Origin: Lytechinus pictus
Lineage: Eukaryota
Assembly (NCBI RefSeq): GCF_037042905.1
Contig: NC_087252.1
Span: forward strand, 16,184,001 to 16,248,000
Length of the DNA: 64,000 nt
Reading direction: 5' to 3'
Below the pieces are notes generated by a model. It did not search any database and had not been told where the DNA came from. It was given only the letters and a program-made list of their open reading frames with translations. Positions 12,450-24,678 of this stretch are shown here, one piece after another. The translations under genes were made by a program, and so were the position numbers. Numbering within the stretch: position 1 is the first letter of the stretch; every line of letters begins with the position of its first letter.

Positions 12450-14583
12450 TTAATTTGAAGATTAGAGACATTGAGTCAAATTTTCAAAAACAGTCAATGA
12501 AACATACACTACTCAATGCATCCTCTTCCCAGTGATACATGGTAGCAGGTTTTACATCCATATTTCATACTGTTAAGGTGACATTGCATTAATAAAGATA
12601 TTACCTGAATTTCACAAATTTACTTTCGAGCTACATATTCCAAAATATATCCAGATCATCTCCTATAGTGGTACATGTTAGCACCACGTTTCACATCTAT
12701 ATTTCAAACTGTTAAGGTGACTATGTGTTTAAACAAATAAATTTCACAAATTGACCTTTGACCTACATATTCCAAAATCCATTCAAATCGTCTTCCTATG
12801 ATGGTACATGTTAAACACCAAGTTTTTACATCCATACCTCAAGCTGTTTAGGTGATATTGCTTTGACAAGAAAATAACCTGAATTTTTTTCATACAAGGA
12901 CCACATATGAAGTTCATACCTTACGCAGTCTTGAATAAATTAAGTTTATGAGCAAGTTTGGATAATCCATGTGGAGTTAGAAGTTTCCAATAAATTCTGT
13001 AAATCACTGTAATAGGGAAACATTGAGTAAGCAACTCTATCAACGTCCGTCAGCATTCAATCAATCTCGGGATATTCAGTATATTTCAAAATCTGGTGAG
13101 AAAACTCTGCATAGATTACCTGATCCTCATCAAAGAGCCAAGGATACTTCAGTCGGTCATCAGTGATCCTTGGCCGAGGGACAAAATTTATGATCCATGC
13201 CCTTCTGTCTGCCAGTGTCTTCTGCATGCAGAACTCAACTCTCTTGAAGTCTGGCTGCCTTTTTTTCAGTGCTCATCCACTCTATGTGCCTTGCAACAGT
13301 GTCAGATTTTGAAAGAATAAAAAATTATACTTAAAAAAGAAAAAACAAAGAATAAAAAATTATACTTAAAAAAGAAAAAACAAATAGATTTAGAATCCTC
13401 ATTCATTTAGTTTCTGTCAAATCACTTTTCATCCGAGTCCTTAATAGATATTTACAGCAAAATTTTACTATTATAGCACGTTTTATGCAACGACACGCCA
13501 GTCTTGTTGCCAAAGACAAGAACAGAAAAGCTCCACTTGGTCACACTTTGCGACTATCTGTCACAAACACACTGTACCAGTTAACATTTGGTGAAAGACC
13601 ATAGCAGAACCAATGTACATGCGAATTGGACTAAAAAATAAACTTTAGGTAAAATCTAATAACAGAGAAATGCATTACAAAATGTCACAACAATGTAGCC
13701 ACTGTAAGATTCCTGCATCAATAGTGATACTCAAACATTAGTAAGTTATAATGCAATAAATATTCTCATATTTATGCATTTACTCACATTTACTTAATTC
13801 ATCAACTCTTAAGGTGCCCCATACACGTTTAAAGCGTTTTCACTGGCCAAGGTCTAATCCTCTTTAATAATCCTTCTGGTTGAGTCTCATATATAACTAT
13901 GTCATGTGAAAAAGAGAAATGCCTTTAAGTTTGGCCATAATCAAGTAATATGTTTATCTAGAAGGATGAATCAATTGCCAAAGAAATTAAATGGCATGCA
14001 CTTGGGCAAGACTATGGCACACTGAGAGTTAATTAGGGTTTCTGTTTGGTACCAGATACTTACTCTCCACCATTCACCAGTTGCTGTGCACCGAGGACCA
14101 CAGGTAGTTTGTAATTCTTACTCTCAATGGCCCTGACACAAGTTCGTCCTCTTCCATGTCTGCAAAATCGTTGAATTTGTCTTGCCATGTCTGCAGGAAA
14201 AATATATTCTTCTTTCACTCCAAATGTTGTGCACACCACCCTAAGCAGCTCCCGTTTTGAGGTCTCCTCTGACTTGTTGGTTACCAACACCCTTCTTTGA
14301 TTTTGGCCATATATCAATACAAATTTGTACCTGGAATGAAAAGTAATTGATTTTCTTACTAAACCTGAATTTTGAATAAATAATGTATGCAAAGAGCTTT
14401 CAGGATAAATGTGTGTAATCAAAAGATATTGCATGTACATGGACACAAATATTCAGTTTTTGCCTTGATGCAAGAGGCAAACAGACATATTCCAATGTTT
14501 GTCTGGGTTTGGTGATACATATTCCATTCATTTATCTTTTTTTCTAGTATTAGTTTCCTGTCTTCGAATATTAGTAAAATTGA

Positions 14584-15188
14584 AGGGATGGTCCAGGCTG
14601 GAAATATTTATATCTCAATAAATAGAAGAAAATTTACAGAGCAAGATGCTAAAAATTTAATCAAAATCGAATAACAAATAAAGTTTTTGAATTTCAAATG
14701 ATATTATTCCGGTGAAACAGTTCTAGGCATGTCTTAATGAATATTCATTAGGTTGGCTGGTGATGTCATATCCCCACTTGTTTATTTGTGTTTTATTATG
14801 TGAAATTGTATGTGAAATTGGGTTTAATAAAAAAAATTGCTACCAAAAACTAAAATAATTGGATTGACAACTGATTAAGTGGACTAGTTATTTATTGCCT
14901 CAACTTATTTCATCATAATGGAGACACATCATTTACACATGTATGAAAAAATGAAACATTTACGATGTCATGTAATAACATAAGAAAAAATGGAGATGTG
15001 ACATCATCAGCCCACCTAATGAATATTCATGATGATGTGCATATTCCAAAAAATATTGATAAACTTTGAAAATCAATAACTTTGTTATTTGATATCCAAT
15101 TTTGATGAAATTTTCAGCATTTTACTCTGTGAATTTTACTCCATTTATATACTTTTAGATATAAATATTTTCAGCCTGGACCATCCCT
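14584..15188. mobile_element. TTAA-TSD MITE (Kolobok-like), same family as 22038-22623
   Basis: TTGA|AGGGATGGTCCAGGCTG ... CAGCCTGGACCATCCCT|TTAA. Confidence 0.8.
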
Positions 15189-16490
15189 TTAACTTCCCGC
15201 TACCAGGAAAGAAAATTGTATTGTAGTCTATTAAAAATTTTGATTTGAAATTAAGATACAGTTACGACACAACGGTCCAGCGATGTTATTTCCATTTTTC
15301 ATCACATGAAATTTAATTCATTTCATAATGACCAACCATACTTAAAATTCATACAAATTTCAGACAATTCCACTATTAGTGACACATATGGAACAACACT
15401 TCCTAAATTAATAACTTAACCCATTTGTGACGAAATTCCACATTACGTGGTTTGGCCTCGGATTTTTCATGAATAGTTGTAGGGCCTATATATGAAAATA
15501 CCAAGGAGACTCGAAAGTAAACACTTATTGGCATTACTTTTCTTTTGGTAACAATCATCGCCGCTATGGCTAGGGAAATGCGCATATCTTTCAGTTGTGT
15601 ACAACCGTGTAGATCTACTATCGTAATGTGCATGCATGCTGTAGAAATTGTCGAAACAAGGAGCCAGCCACGTTCGCACAACCACACTCTGAACTTACCA
15701 CACAAAAAAACAGATTTTCACATGGAAAAACATTTACAGACATATGAATTGTATGAACTTACCAAAAGAAAAAGAAAATTCACATGGAAAAACATATACA
15801 GACATATGAATTGTAATCCCGCTTAAAAATAAAGGATTTATTAAAACATACTACTTTGCAGCTAGCTGATCCATTGATCAAGTATTACTAATTAAATGAG
15901 GACTAATTAACCCGCAGTAGCAGAGTCTGTAGCCTAGGCCTAGAGTCTAGACCTATCAACAACAAAAAAATACAGGTCAGTGGACTGAATGCTGTTGCCG
16001 TTCAAAAGTATAACATTAATTAGGACCACCGACACCGTACTCTAACTTAAACTTTAAAAAGTTAAAGTATAGATCTAGATCTAGACCCTAGTCGATAGAG
16101 CTAACGTTAATTAAGCCAGTAGATCTAGTACAAAATTGTTCTTCATACTCGATGGCAGCCAACAAGTTTTTTTTTTCAGGTATAGGCCAAGCGCTAGCCT
16201 AAGTTAGGCCTAGGCTAGGGCCGGGACTAGGCTACGAGTACGACGTGTTCCACCATAATAATAGATCTAGTCCAAAGCAAGGCAAAGACAAAGTCCAAGG
16301 CAAGCTCAAGCCTATAATAACATATATAGCCATAACTTTTAGGCCCTACATAGTACATGTAGCCCGCCCCAATGCCTGGCTTCAACTTCAAGTTGAAGTC
16401 AGAATACATTTCTAGACCCATGCAACACTCTGAGTCCTAATCAAAATAAATGCAGCAACATTACAGACTAAGGCAAACTCTTGAAATAAT

Positions 16491-16516
16491 CAAGGAGATA
16501 TCACTATATCTCCTTG
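16491..16516. mobile_element. 26-bp palindromic micro-insertion with 7-bp TSD (copy 1)
   Basis: AAATAAT|CAAGGAGATA-TCACTA-TATCTCCTTG|AAATAAT. Confidence 0.75.
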
Positions 16517-16590
16517 AAATAATCCACTGACAGTGACACTGCCTGCTGCAGAGTGCAGTACCGCACGGTACCACTCGGGCTTGGTACGGT

Positions 16591-16616
16591 CAAGGAGATA
16601 TCACTCTATCTCCTTG
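16591..16616. mobile_element. 26-bp palindromic micro-insertion with 7-bp TSD (copy 2)
   Basis: GTACGGT|CAAGGAGATA-TCACTC-TATCTCCTTG|GTACGGT. Confidence 0.75.
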
Positions 16617-17097
16617 GTACGGTACGTATACCGTACGGTACACGCACAATCCGCTGAGTGTTCAATTTCCGAGTCATGCAAGGCCAAGGAGGTGCCAGAA
16701 GTGGACTAATTCACGAGAATGCCCAACAGATTACTGATTAGATTAGCTTACTTACCGTTAACTATCTCCTGACAGTTCCATAATTTGTCTGTTCTCCTAT
16801 AGTTTCAGTTCAAAATGCAGTTAATTGCCTGAATTTCATGGACTTGAAGCTTAGCCCTGGCCTTGGCTTGGCCTTCGAAGCATTAAGCTGATTGTATCTG
16901 CACGGCGCGTACGTACGTACGTGTGTGTGTGCATTTGTCTATGGTGTGTATGCATGTGCGGGTTGTGCGTTACACACGTGGTACCAAGCGTGGTACTAGT
17001 ACATCGACGCGTATAAAAAAAAAAGGCGCGAAAATGAACGGGGGGGGGGGGGCAGGCGGGGAATGCGCGAAATCCGTGTTGAACACAATTATAAAGT

Positions 17098-18282
17098 ATT
17101 TATTTATTTATTTATTTATTTTGTTTTATTTATTTTATACTGCAGGGTAGGCCTATTCAATTCTTAAAACTGCTTTACAAAGGCGCCCTGCAGTTTAAAA
17201 TACATGTCAAGATATAACTATATATATGAACAACAATTCAACAACAAACAATTAACATCAAAAATACAAAATATCTAACATCAGAAACAATTAACACCAA
17301 AATATAGAGTGGGAAGTGACAATTTAAACATACATAGCATTGTAAATCAATGGAATATCATTTCGCTCTTTATCAATTCGTATGAAAGGCTTTGCATAAT
17401 TTTTTAAAAACTAACAAGGACTCGAGGTACAAACTTGTAAATTTTAAGGAAGTGCATTAAATAATTTGGGTCCGACATATGCGAAAGATTTTCTTTTATG
17501 TACAATTCTAGCTTTGGGGAGCTGAAGGGGGCATCGTAAAGAATACCGTGTCCTGTATTTCACGGGCCGTTTACATACTAAAGGTTTTAAATAATTTGGA
17601 ACTAAATCATTCATTATTTTATATACAAGAACACAATACTGATAGTTTATACGCTGATCTACTGATTGCCACTTCAGTGACTGCAACAAAGAAATTTGTG
17701 ATGTATTATAATCTTTTTTCAAAAGCATTCTAGCATATTTATTTTGAAGTTTTTGTATCTTATCTAAATGTATTTTTGCACTGCTTCCCCAAGATGTAAT
17801 ACAGTAATCAATGTAAGGTAAAATCATAGAAAAGTACAGCTTCTTCATGATATCAAAGGACAGTAAGTGCTTAATCCGCCTACACAACCTATTGCCCGAT
17901 ATATTTTACAAACGATATTAGTAATATGTTCGCACCAAGTCAAGCCCGGATCGAGCATGACACCTAAGTATTTAATCTTTTTTACATTTTCTAATTGTAT
18001 GTTCCCGAATTTCACTGACAAATGAGCACCCCTCAACTTTTTCTTTTGACCAAATACCATGGCTTTTGTTTTTTGCGGGTGTAATAAATGCATATTATTT
18101 AAGTCTAGCCATTTACTTATTGAATCAAAATCATCTTGCAAATAATTTTGTACCTCCTTAATTGATTCACCGTGATTAAAAATGGCGGTATCATCAGCAT
18201 AAAGAGACATTTTAGAATGTACATGCAATTTCAAATTACACATGTCATTAATAAAAATACAAAATATCAATGGACCCAGTAT
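17098..18282 (-). mobile_element. 5'-truncated L2/Crack/CR1-group LINE (RT C-terminal part, frameshifted) with (TAAA)n tail
   Basis: ORFs 17845-18339 (LGPLIFCIFINDM..YADDT..KYLGVMLD..L.W..H) and 17444-17887 (YFSMILPYIDYC..WG..LQNKYAR); (TTTA)n at ~17098-17135 and a 3' hairpin CTGCAGGG..CCCTGCAG. Confidence 0.9.
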
Positions 18283-18369
18283 ACGAAATACGAGTAATGA
18301 AAAACATTCGTTAGTCCACAGCTGAGTTAGTCGTGACAAGCTTTATAGGCCCAGACTAACAAAGTTAGT

Positions 18370-20560
18370 ACCTTGGTAAAACGGGAATTTAATCATGGTT
18401 TTGTAACCAATGTTTTTACACTTTCATTAAACCACGGTTAAAACCATGGTTATATAACAATCATTTTCAAACTATCATAAAACCATGGTTAAATCCTTGG
18501 TGTATAACCATCGTTTTCAACCATGGTAAAACGGAAATTTAACCATGGTATTGTAACCACTGTTTTTACACTTTCATTAAACCACGGTTAAAACCATGGT
18601 TATATAACAATCATTTTCAAACTATCATAAAACCATGGTTAAAATCATGGTGTATAACCGTCGTTTTCAACCTTGGTCAAACGGAAATTTAACCATGGTT
18701 TTGTAAACCACTGTTTTTACACTTTCATTAAACCACGCTTAAAACCATGGTTATATAACCATCGTTTTCAAACTATCTTAAAACCATGGTAAAAATCATG
18801 CATGGTTTATAACTGTCGTTTTCAACCTTGGTAAAACGAATGTTTAACCATGGTCTTGTAACCACTGTTTTACACTTTCATTAAACCACGGTTAAAACCA
18901 TGGTTATATAACCATCATTTTCAAACTATCATAAAACCATGGTTAAAATCATGGTGTATAACCATCGTTTTCAACCATGGTAAAACGGAAATTTAACCAT
19001 GGTATTGTAACCACTGTTTTTACACTTTCATTAAACCACGGTTAAAACCATGGTTATATAACCATCATTTTCAAACTATCATAAAACCATGGTTAAAATC
19101 ATGGTGTATAACCGTCGTTTACAACCTTGGTAAAACGGAAATTTAACCATGGTCTTGTAACCACTGTTTTTACACTTTCATTAAACCACGGTTAAAACCA
19201 TGGTTATATAACCATCGTTTTCAAACTATCTTAAAACCATGGTTAAAATCATGGTTTATAACCGTCGTTTTCAACCTTGCTAAGACGAATGTTTAACCAT
19301 GGTCTTGTAACCAATGTTTTTACACTTTCATTAAACCACGGTTAAAACCATTTTTGGTTATATAACCATCATTTTCAAACTATCTTAAAACCATGGTTAA
19401 AATCATGGTTTATAACCGTCGTTTTCAACCTTGCTAAGACGAATGTTTAACCATGGTTTTGTAACCACTGTTTTTACACTTTCATTAAACCACGATTAAA
19501 ACCATGGTTATATAACCATCATTTTCAAACTATCATAAAACCATGGTTAAAATTATGGTGTATAACCGTCGTTTACAACCTTGGTAAAACGGAAATTTAA
19601 CCATGGTCTTGTAACCACTGTTTTTACACTTTCATTAAACCACGGTTAAAACCATGGTTATATAACCATCGTTTTCAAACTATCTTAAAACCATGGTTAA
19701 AATCATGGTTTATAACCGTCGTTTTCAACCTTGCTAAGACGAATGTTTAACCATGGTTTTGTAACCACTGTTTTTACACTTTCATTAAACCACGATTAAA
19801 ACCATGGTTATATAACCATCATTTTCAAACTATCATAAAACCATGGTAAAAATTATGGTGTATAACCGTCGTTTTCAACCATGGTAAAACGGAAATTTAA
19901 CCATGGTATTGTAACCACTGTTTTTTTACACTTTCATTAAACCACGGTTAAAACCATGGTTATATAACCATCATTTTCAAACTATCATAAAACCATGGTT
20001 AAAATCATGGTGTATAACCGTCGTTTTCAACCATGGGAAAACAGAAATTTAACCATGGTTTTGTAACCACTGTTTTTACACTTTCATTAAACCACGGTTA
20101 AAACCATGGTTATATAACCATCATTTTCAAACTATCTTAAAACCATGGTTAAAATCATGGTGTATAACCGTCGTTTTCAACCTTGGTAAAACGGGAGTTA
20201 AACCAAGGTTTCCTAACCATTGTTTTTATACTACTGTGAAACCATGGTTACAACCATGGTTAAATTACTATGGTTTTTTCACCAAAGTAGAAAGATGATT
20301 TTGTCATGGTTTTATAACTATTGATTTTAACTTTCTTAAAACTGTGGTATAATGATGGTTTTTATAACCATGGTTTTAAAATCGTCATAAAATGACATTT
20401 TTATCATGTTATTATAACTATGGTATTTTAACAATGGTATTACCACACTTCCGCCACACATTTACCTTGGTTATGAATTTAAAACCATGGACTACCATCG
20501 ATCCATTGTAAAACCGCCCCTAACCATGGTTATACCATGATTACGGTTGTAAAACCATGG
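18370..20560. repeat. Right subterminal satellite of element 2, about 12 highly similar 150-bp units then degenerate motifs
   Basis: TTCATTAAACCACG.TTAAAACCATGG recurs about every 150 bp from ~18423 to ~20083. Confidence 0.92.
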
Positions 20561-20714
20561 TTTTTTTTTATAAGGGTTTATTGAGCTCCATGGAATTATA
20601 AACATGAAGGACTGATCTCTGCGACATCGATTTCAGAAGTATTCCCAAGACCAAGTGAACTTACTCATTTTTTTAATAAATATGATGATGTGCTGTTTAT
20701 CATTATAGTTGAAT

Positions 20715-21730
20715 CATTGATTCACAATCCCATGTATTTTTCTTAATGTGCAAATGGAATTTTACAACACTCTGTAGTAACCCTTGCCCGCCTTAGGTGT
20801 AGACATGTATTGCTATTCACTGTAATATAGACGTATTTATTCACTGTTCACTGTACTGATTATTTTTCTCTCCATTGTTTAAAAAAAAACTATTCAGATA
20901 CATCGCATCTACCAGCAAAGAACGTGTGCCAGTACAGGGAAGGAATGTACCTGTCGCACGTGAACTCTTCAGAGGCAGTGAGGACAACAAGATCTGCAAG
21001 CAAGTGATCCTTTTTGTAAGAAAATTTCCAATTTGTACATTTCACAATTAATTTTTTTTAAAGCCTTTGTACACATTTAGAGTATCAAGGCTTACAAAAT
21101 GTAAAAATTAAATGTTTGCCCAAAAATCATTATGGGAAAGGTGGATTTCCGAGGAAAAATCAAATCTATCTTTGTTTACACAGTTGTACGAGCAACCTTA
21201 TAGGAGGCTTGTCTAGGCTCCGTGATGAAAATACAATGTAAAAATTGATTCACAATCCCATGTATTTTTCTTAAAGTGCAAATGGAATTTTACAACACTC
21301 TGTAGTAACCCTTGCCCGCCTTAGGTGTAGACATGTATTGCTATTCACTGTAATATATACGTATTTGTTATTCGCTGTTGTTCACTGTACTGATTATTTT
21401 TCTCTCCATTGTTTTTGAAAAAAATTCTTCAGATACATCGCATCTACCAGCAAAGAATGTGTGCCAGTAGAGGAAAGGAATGTACCTGTCGCACGTGAAC
21501 TCTTCAGAGGCAGTGAGGACAAGATCTGCAAGCAAGTGATCCTTTTTGTAAGAAAATTTCCAATTTGTACATTTTACAATTAATTTTTTTTTAAGCCTTT
21601 GTACACATTTAGAGTATCAAGGCTTACAAAATGTAAAAATTTAATGTTTGCCCAAAAATCATTATGGGAAAGGTGGATTTCCGAGGGAAATCTATCTTTG
21701 TTTACACAGTTGTACGAGCAACCTTATAGG
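20715..21730 (+). repeat. Tandem duplication (~530 bp) of an exon-like unit; older third copy at ~22955-23310
   Basis: TTCAG|ATACATCGCATCTACCAGCAAAGA at ~20898, ~21433, ~23208, each after a pyrimidine tract. Confidence 0.85.
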
Positions 21731-22037
21731 ATGTAAAATGATAAAATTATCTTCATGGAGTCCTCTAGGCTAGCCAGTGACATGGGCCCATGCCCATCAA
21801 TTTTAATTCATGCTTTTGCATAACCAAATGGCGTGAATTTGGAACTGGAAGTATAATTTCAGATTGACCTCCGAAATGAAACGTGCACAATTAGTCTGAA
21901 CTAAAATAACATTTCCTGAATTTTTTCTTAAATCTGGAGGCTGAAGTATTTTTTTATCTTTGAAATTAAATTGGTTCTCATTGTTTTTTACCTCTGACTT
22001 ACCAGTATGTGTGGGGGTACCGTAGAAGTAGAATTAA

Positions 22038-22623
22038 AGGGATGGTCCAGGCTGGAAACATATCTCAATAAATAGAGTAAAATTCACAGAGCAAAATGCT
22101 GAAAACTTGATCAAAATTTGATAACTAATTAAGGTTTTGAATTTTAAAGATTTGCATTATTCCGGTGAAATAGTTCTAGGCATGTCTTTATGAATATTCA
22201 TTAGGTTGGCTGATGATGTCATATCCCAATTGCCCTTTTGTATTTTATTATATGAGATTAGGTTTATTAAGATATTTTTAACCAAAAACTATTGACAATT
22301 GGATTGACAACTGATTAGGTGCATTAGTTATTGACGCAACTTATTTCATTACAATGGAGACGCATCATTTACACATGTATGAAAAAATCAAACATTTATG
22401 ATTTCATCTAGTAACATAAAAAAAGGAAAGTGGAGATGTGACATCAGCCCACCTAATGAATATTCATGACGAAGTGCATACAACTGTTTTCACAAAATAT
22501 TGATAAACTTTAAAATTCAATAACTTCTTGTTATCCTATTTTGATGAAATTTTCATCATTTTGCTCTGTGAATTTTACTCAAGTATTATTTAGATGTAAA
22601 TATTTTCGGCCCGGACCATCCCT
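22038..22623. mobile_element. TTAA-TSD MITE (Kolobok-like)
   Basis: TTAA|AGGGATGGTCCAGGC ... GCCCGGACCATCCCT|TTAA; alignable along its length to 14584-15188. Confidence 0.85.
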
Positions 22624-23989
22624 TTAATCCTCGGATAAAATTTAGTATTTCATTTTTTTTTTTTTGCTTTGTCTTGCGTTTTTAAACATGTTCTGGGAAC
22701 TGCTTTTTGAAAGTTGTCAGCATTAACAAGTTGTCTTTTTCCGACAGTTACCATAGTAACAGTCAGAGGCCAGTGCTTCTCAGCCAATCAAAAGCAATGA
22801 TTTCACTGAAATAGTCGGCACTGACAATCATGAAATACCCATCAGATGTTAGCAGATAATGTGCAACATAGACTCCTAGATACATATATGCAAACATACA
22901 TAGTCTAAGTCTTTATTATTAAAATAAATGTATAGGTATAAGGTCGAGGCAATTTCATCTCTGCGATGTCAATTTCAGAAGTATTCCCAAGACCATGTGA
23001 ACTTACTATACATGTTGTAATAAAAATGATGATGTGCTGTCTATCATTTATAATTGAATCATTGAAATATGGAACTTACGAGAAGTTTCACTATCCCATG
23101 TATTTTCTTTATGTGCAGATATAATTTTACACCACTGAAATTTTGTATTACGGTATTCACTGTACTTATTATTTTTCATTCCATTGGTTTTTTTTTCTAA
23201 TCTTCAGATACATCGCATCTACCAGCAAAGATCAAGTGCCACTACAAGAAAGGAAGGTACCTGTTTCACGTTTCCTCTTCAGAGCCAGTGAGGGCCCCAA
23301 GATCTCAATAAATAATAATTAAAAAAAGACTCCTTTATCATTCCTTTAAAAATAGTACATATTATTTATTGAAGGTAAATGCTTAGATGCATTATATTCG
23401 AATTTTGTCTCCAAGCTAGCATGTAAAAATTGGATTGACTACATATTTACTGTGTAAGTTAATGATCTTTGTTGACACATAAAACAAGAATTATACACAG
23501 CATGTTACAGTTTGTAACATAATTTTCTTTCATTAAATTCCTAGTTTAAATACCATATAGATGTTTTTTGTGACTTTTGTCATTCTCTGATGTTTTTTGG
23601 TACAGATTTCAAGAGACTGAGGGATTGATTTACCAGAGCAAGTTTACAGTCCAATCCTGTTATATTGTGCATGTGGAAATTAACAAGGTTTCAATACAAT
23701 GCTACAAATTTACCTTGATTCATTTCATCAGTCCTATGTGCAAGGATAATTATTTCACTTGTCCATGCACATTGTTATAACAGGAGTGGACATTCAATGT
23801 AAAGATAATTGAAGATAATTTATAATTGAAATAACCGCCTGAGAGGGGGGGGGGGGATGTTGGTACCAATATTCTAATTTGTGTGTGCGCAAGGAAAACG
23901 AAGGAGTGATTATATGAGAAGAGTAAAAGATCGGGAATGTACATATCCACATGATTCATTTTTGTTTATGCTATACATTGCAGGGTGTT

Positions 23990-24635
23990 TCTAACTGGTA
24001 CCACTTGACAATTTATGTTTCCAACTGGTCCTAACTGGTGCTTCCAACTTGTTCTAACTGGCACCAGTTGACAACTGGTGTTTCCAACTGGTTTTAACTG
24101 GCACCAGTTGACAACTCATGTTTCCAACTGGTCCTAACTGGCACCAGTTGACAATTGGTGTTTCCAACTGGTTTTAACTGGCACCAGTTGACACCTCATG
24201 TTTCCAACTGGTCCTAACTGGCACCAGTTGACAATTTGTGTTTCCAACTGGTTTTAACTGGCACCAGTTGACAACTCATGTTTCCAACTGGTCCTAACTG
24301 GCACCAGTTTACAATTGGTGTTTCCAACTGGTTTCAACTGGCACCAGTTGACAACTCATGTTTCCAACTGGTCCTAACTGGTACCAGTTAGGACCAGTTG
24401 TCAACTGGTACCAGTTGCTAACTGGTACCAGTTAGGACCAGTTGCCAACTGGTATTTCCAACTGGTACCAGTTACAATTTGTCAACTGGATTCCAGTTGA
24501 TTCCAGTTGATTCCAGTATTGGAATCAACTGGAATCCAGTTGATTCCAGTATTCCAATTTCCATATTGAATCCAGTTCGCTAACTGGAATCAACTGGTAC
24601 CAGTACCAGTTGGATGAACTGGTCCTTAACTGGTT
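23990..24635. repeat. Right subterminal minisatellite of element 1 (AACTGG/CCAGTT; ~40-bp units alternating in ~80-bp dimers)
   Basis: TTTCCAACTGGT(TT/CC)TAACTGGCACCAGTTGACAA repeated, with alternating variants. Confidence 0.9.
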
Positions 24636-24678
24636 TTTTGACCTGGGAGTAAATGATTTTTACTCTCTAGAAGCCGCC

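Larger units (their letters stand above)
12920..16781 (-). pseudogene. Decayed multi-exon gene of element 2: N-terminal PB1-like domain plus SAMD3-like region (accessory gene type of animal EnSpm/CMC elements)
   Basis: Exon 16781-16756 (MELSGDS*R, phase 2) splices in frame to 14330-14064 (YKFVLIYGQNQRRVLV..LLRVVCTTFGVKEEYIF[+1 frameshift]LQTWQDKFNDFADMEEDELV). Exon ~13310-13120 reads HIEWMSTE[fs]RQPDFKRVEFCMQKTLADRRAWIINFVPRPRITDDRLKYPWLFDEDQ, matching the M..T...RR..I...P.I....YP.LF...Q pattern I recall for SAMD3-like proteins. Stops, frameshifts and a mutated acceptor. Family call from motif memory. Confidence 0.65.
7018..20576 (-). mobile_element. 13.6-kb CMC/EnSpm-like DNA transposon, element 2, nested in element 1
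   Basis: 25-bp TIR CCCTTGTAAAAAAAAACCATGGTTT / AAACCATGGTTTTTTTTTATAAGGG (1 mismatch); 2-bp TSD TT (7016-17, 20577-78); AACCATGGTT subterminal satellites at both ends; decayed SAMD3-like gene inside. Confidence 0.88.
2381..24647 (+). mobile_element. Giant (22.3 kb incl. nested inserts) CMC/EnSpm(CACTA)-like non-autonomous DNA transposon, element 1
   Basis: 20-bp TIR CCCAGGTAAAAAAACCAGTT / AACTGGTTTTTTGACCTGGG (1 mismatch); 2-bp TSD AG (2379-80, 24648-49); cleanly interrupts a MITE arm; long CCAGTT/AACTGG subterminal arrays. Superfamily inferred from 2-bp TSD, short TIR and subterminal repeats. Confidence 0.85.

Noticed and set aside
23990..24460. Regular palindromic repeats resembling a CRISPR array
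   Set aside because: Units are contiguous with no unique spacers, no cas genes, eukaryotic context; explained as a transposon subterminal array.
2381..24647. EnSpm/CMC transposase within any of the three giant elements
   Set aside because: No ORF or exon set with recognisable transposase motifs found by eye; short decayed exons could have been missed.
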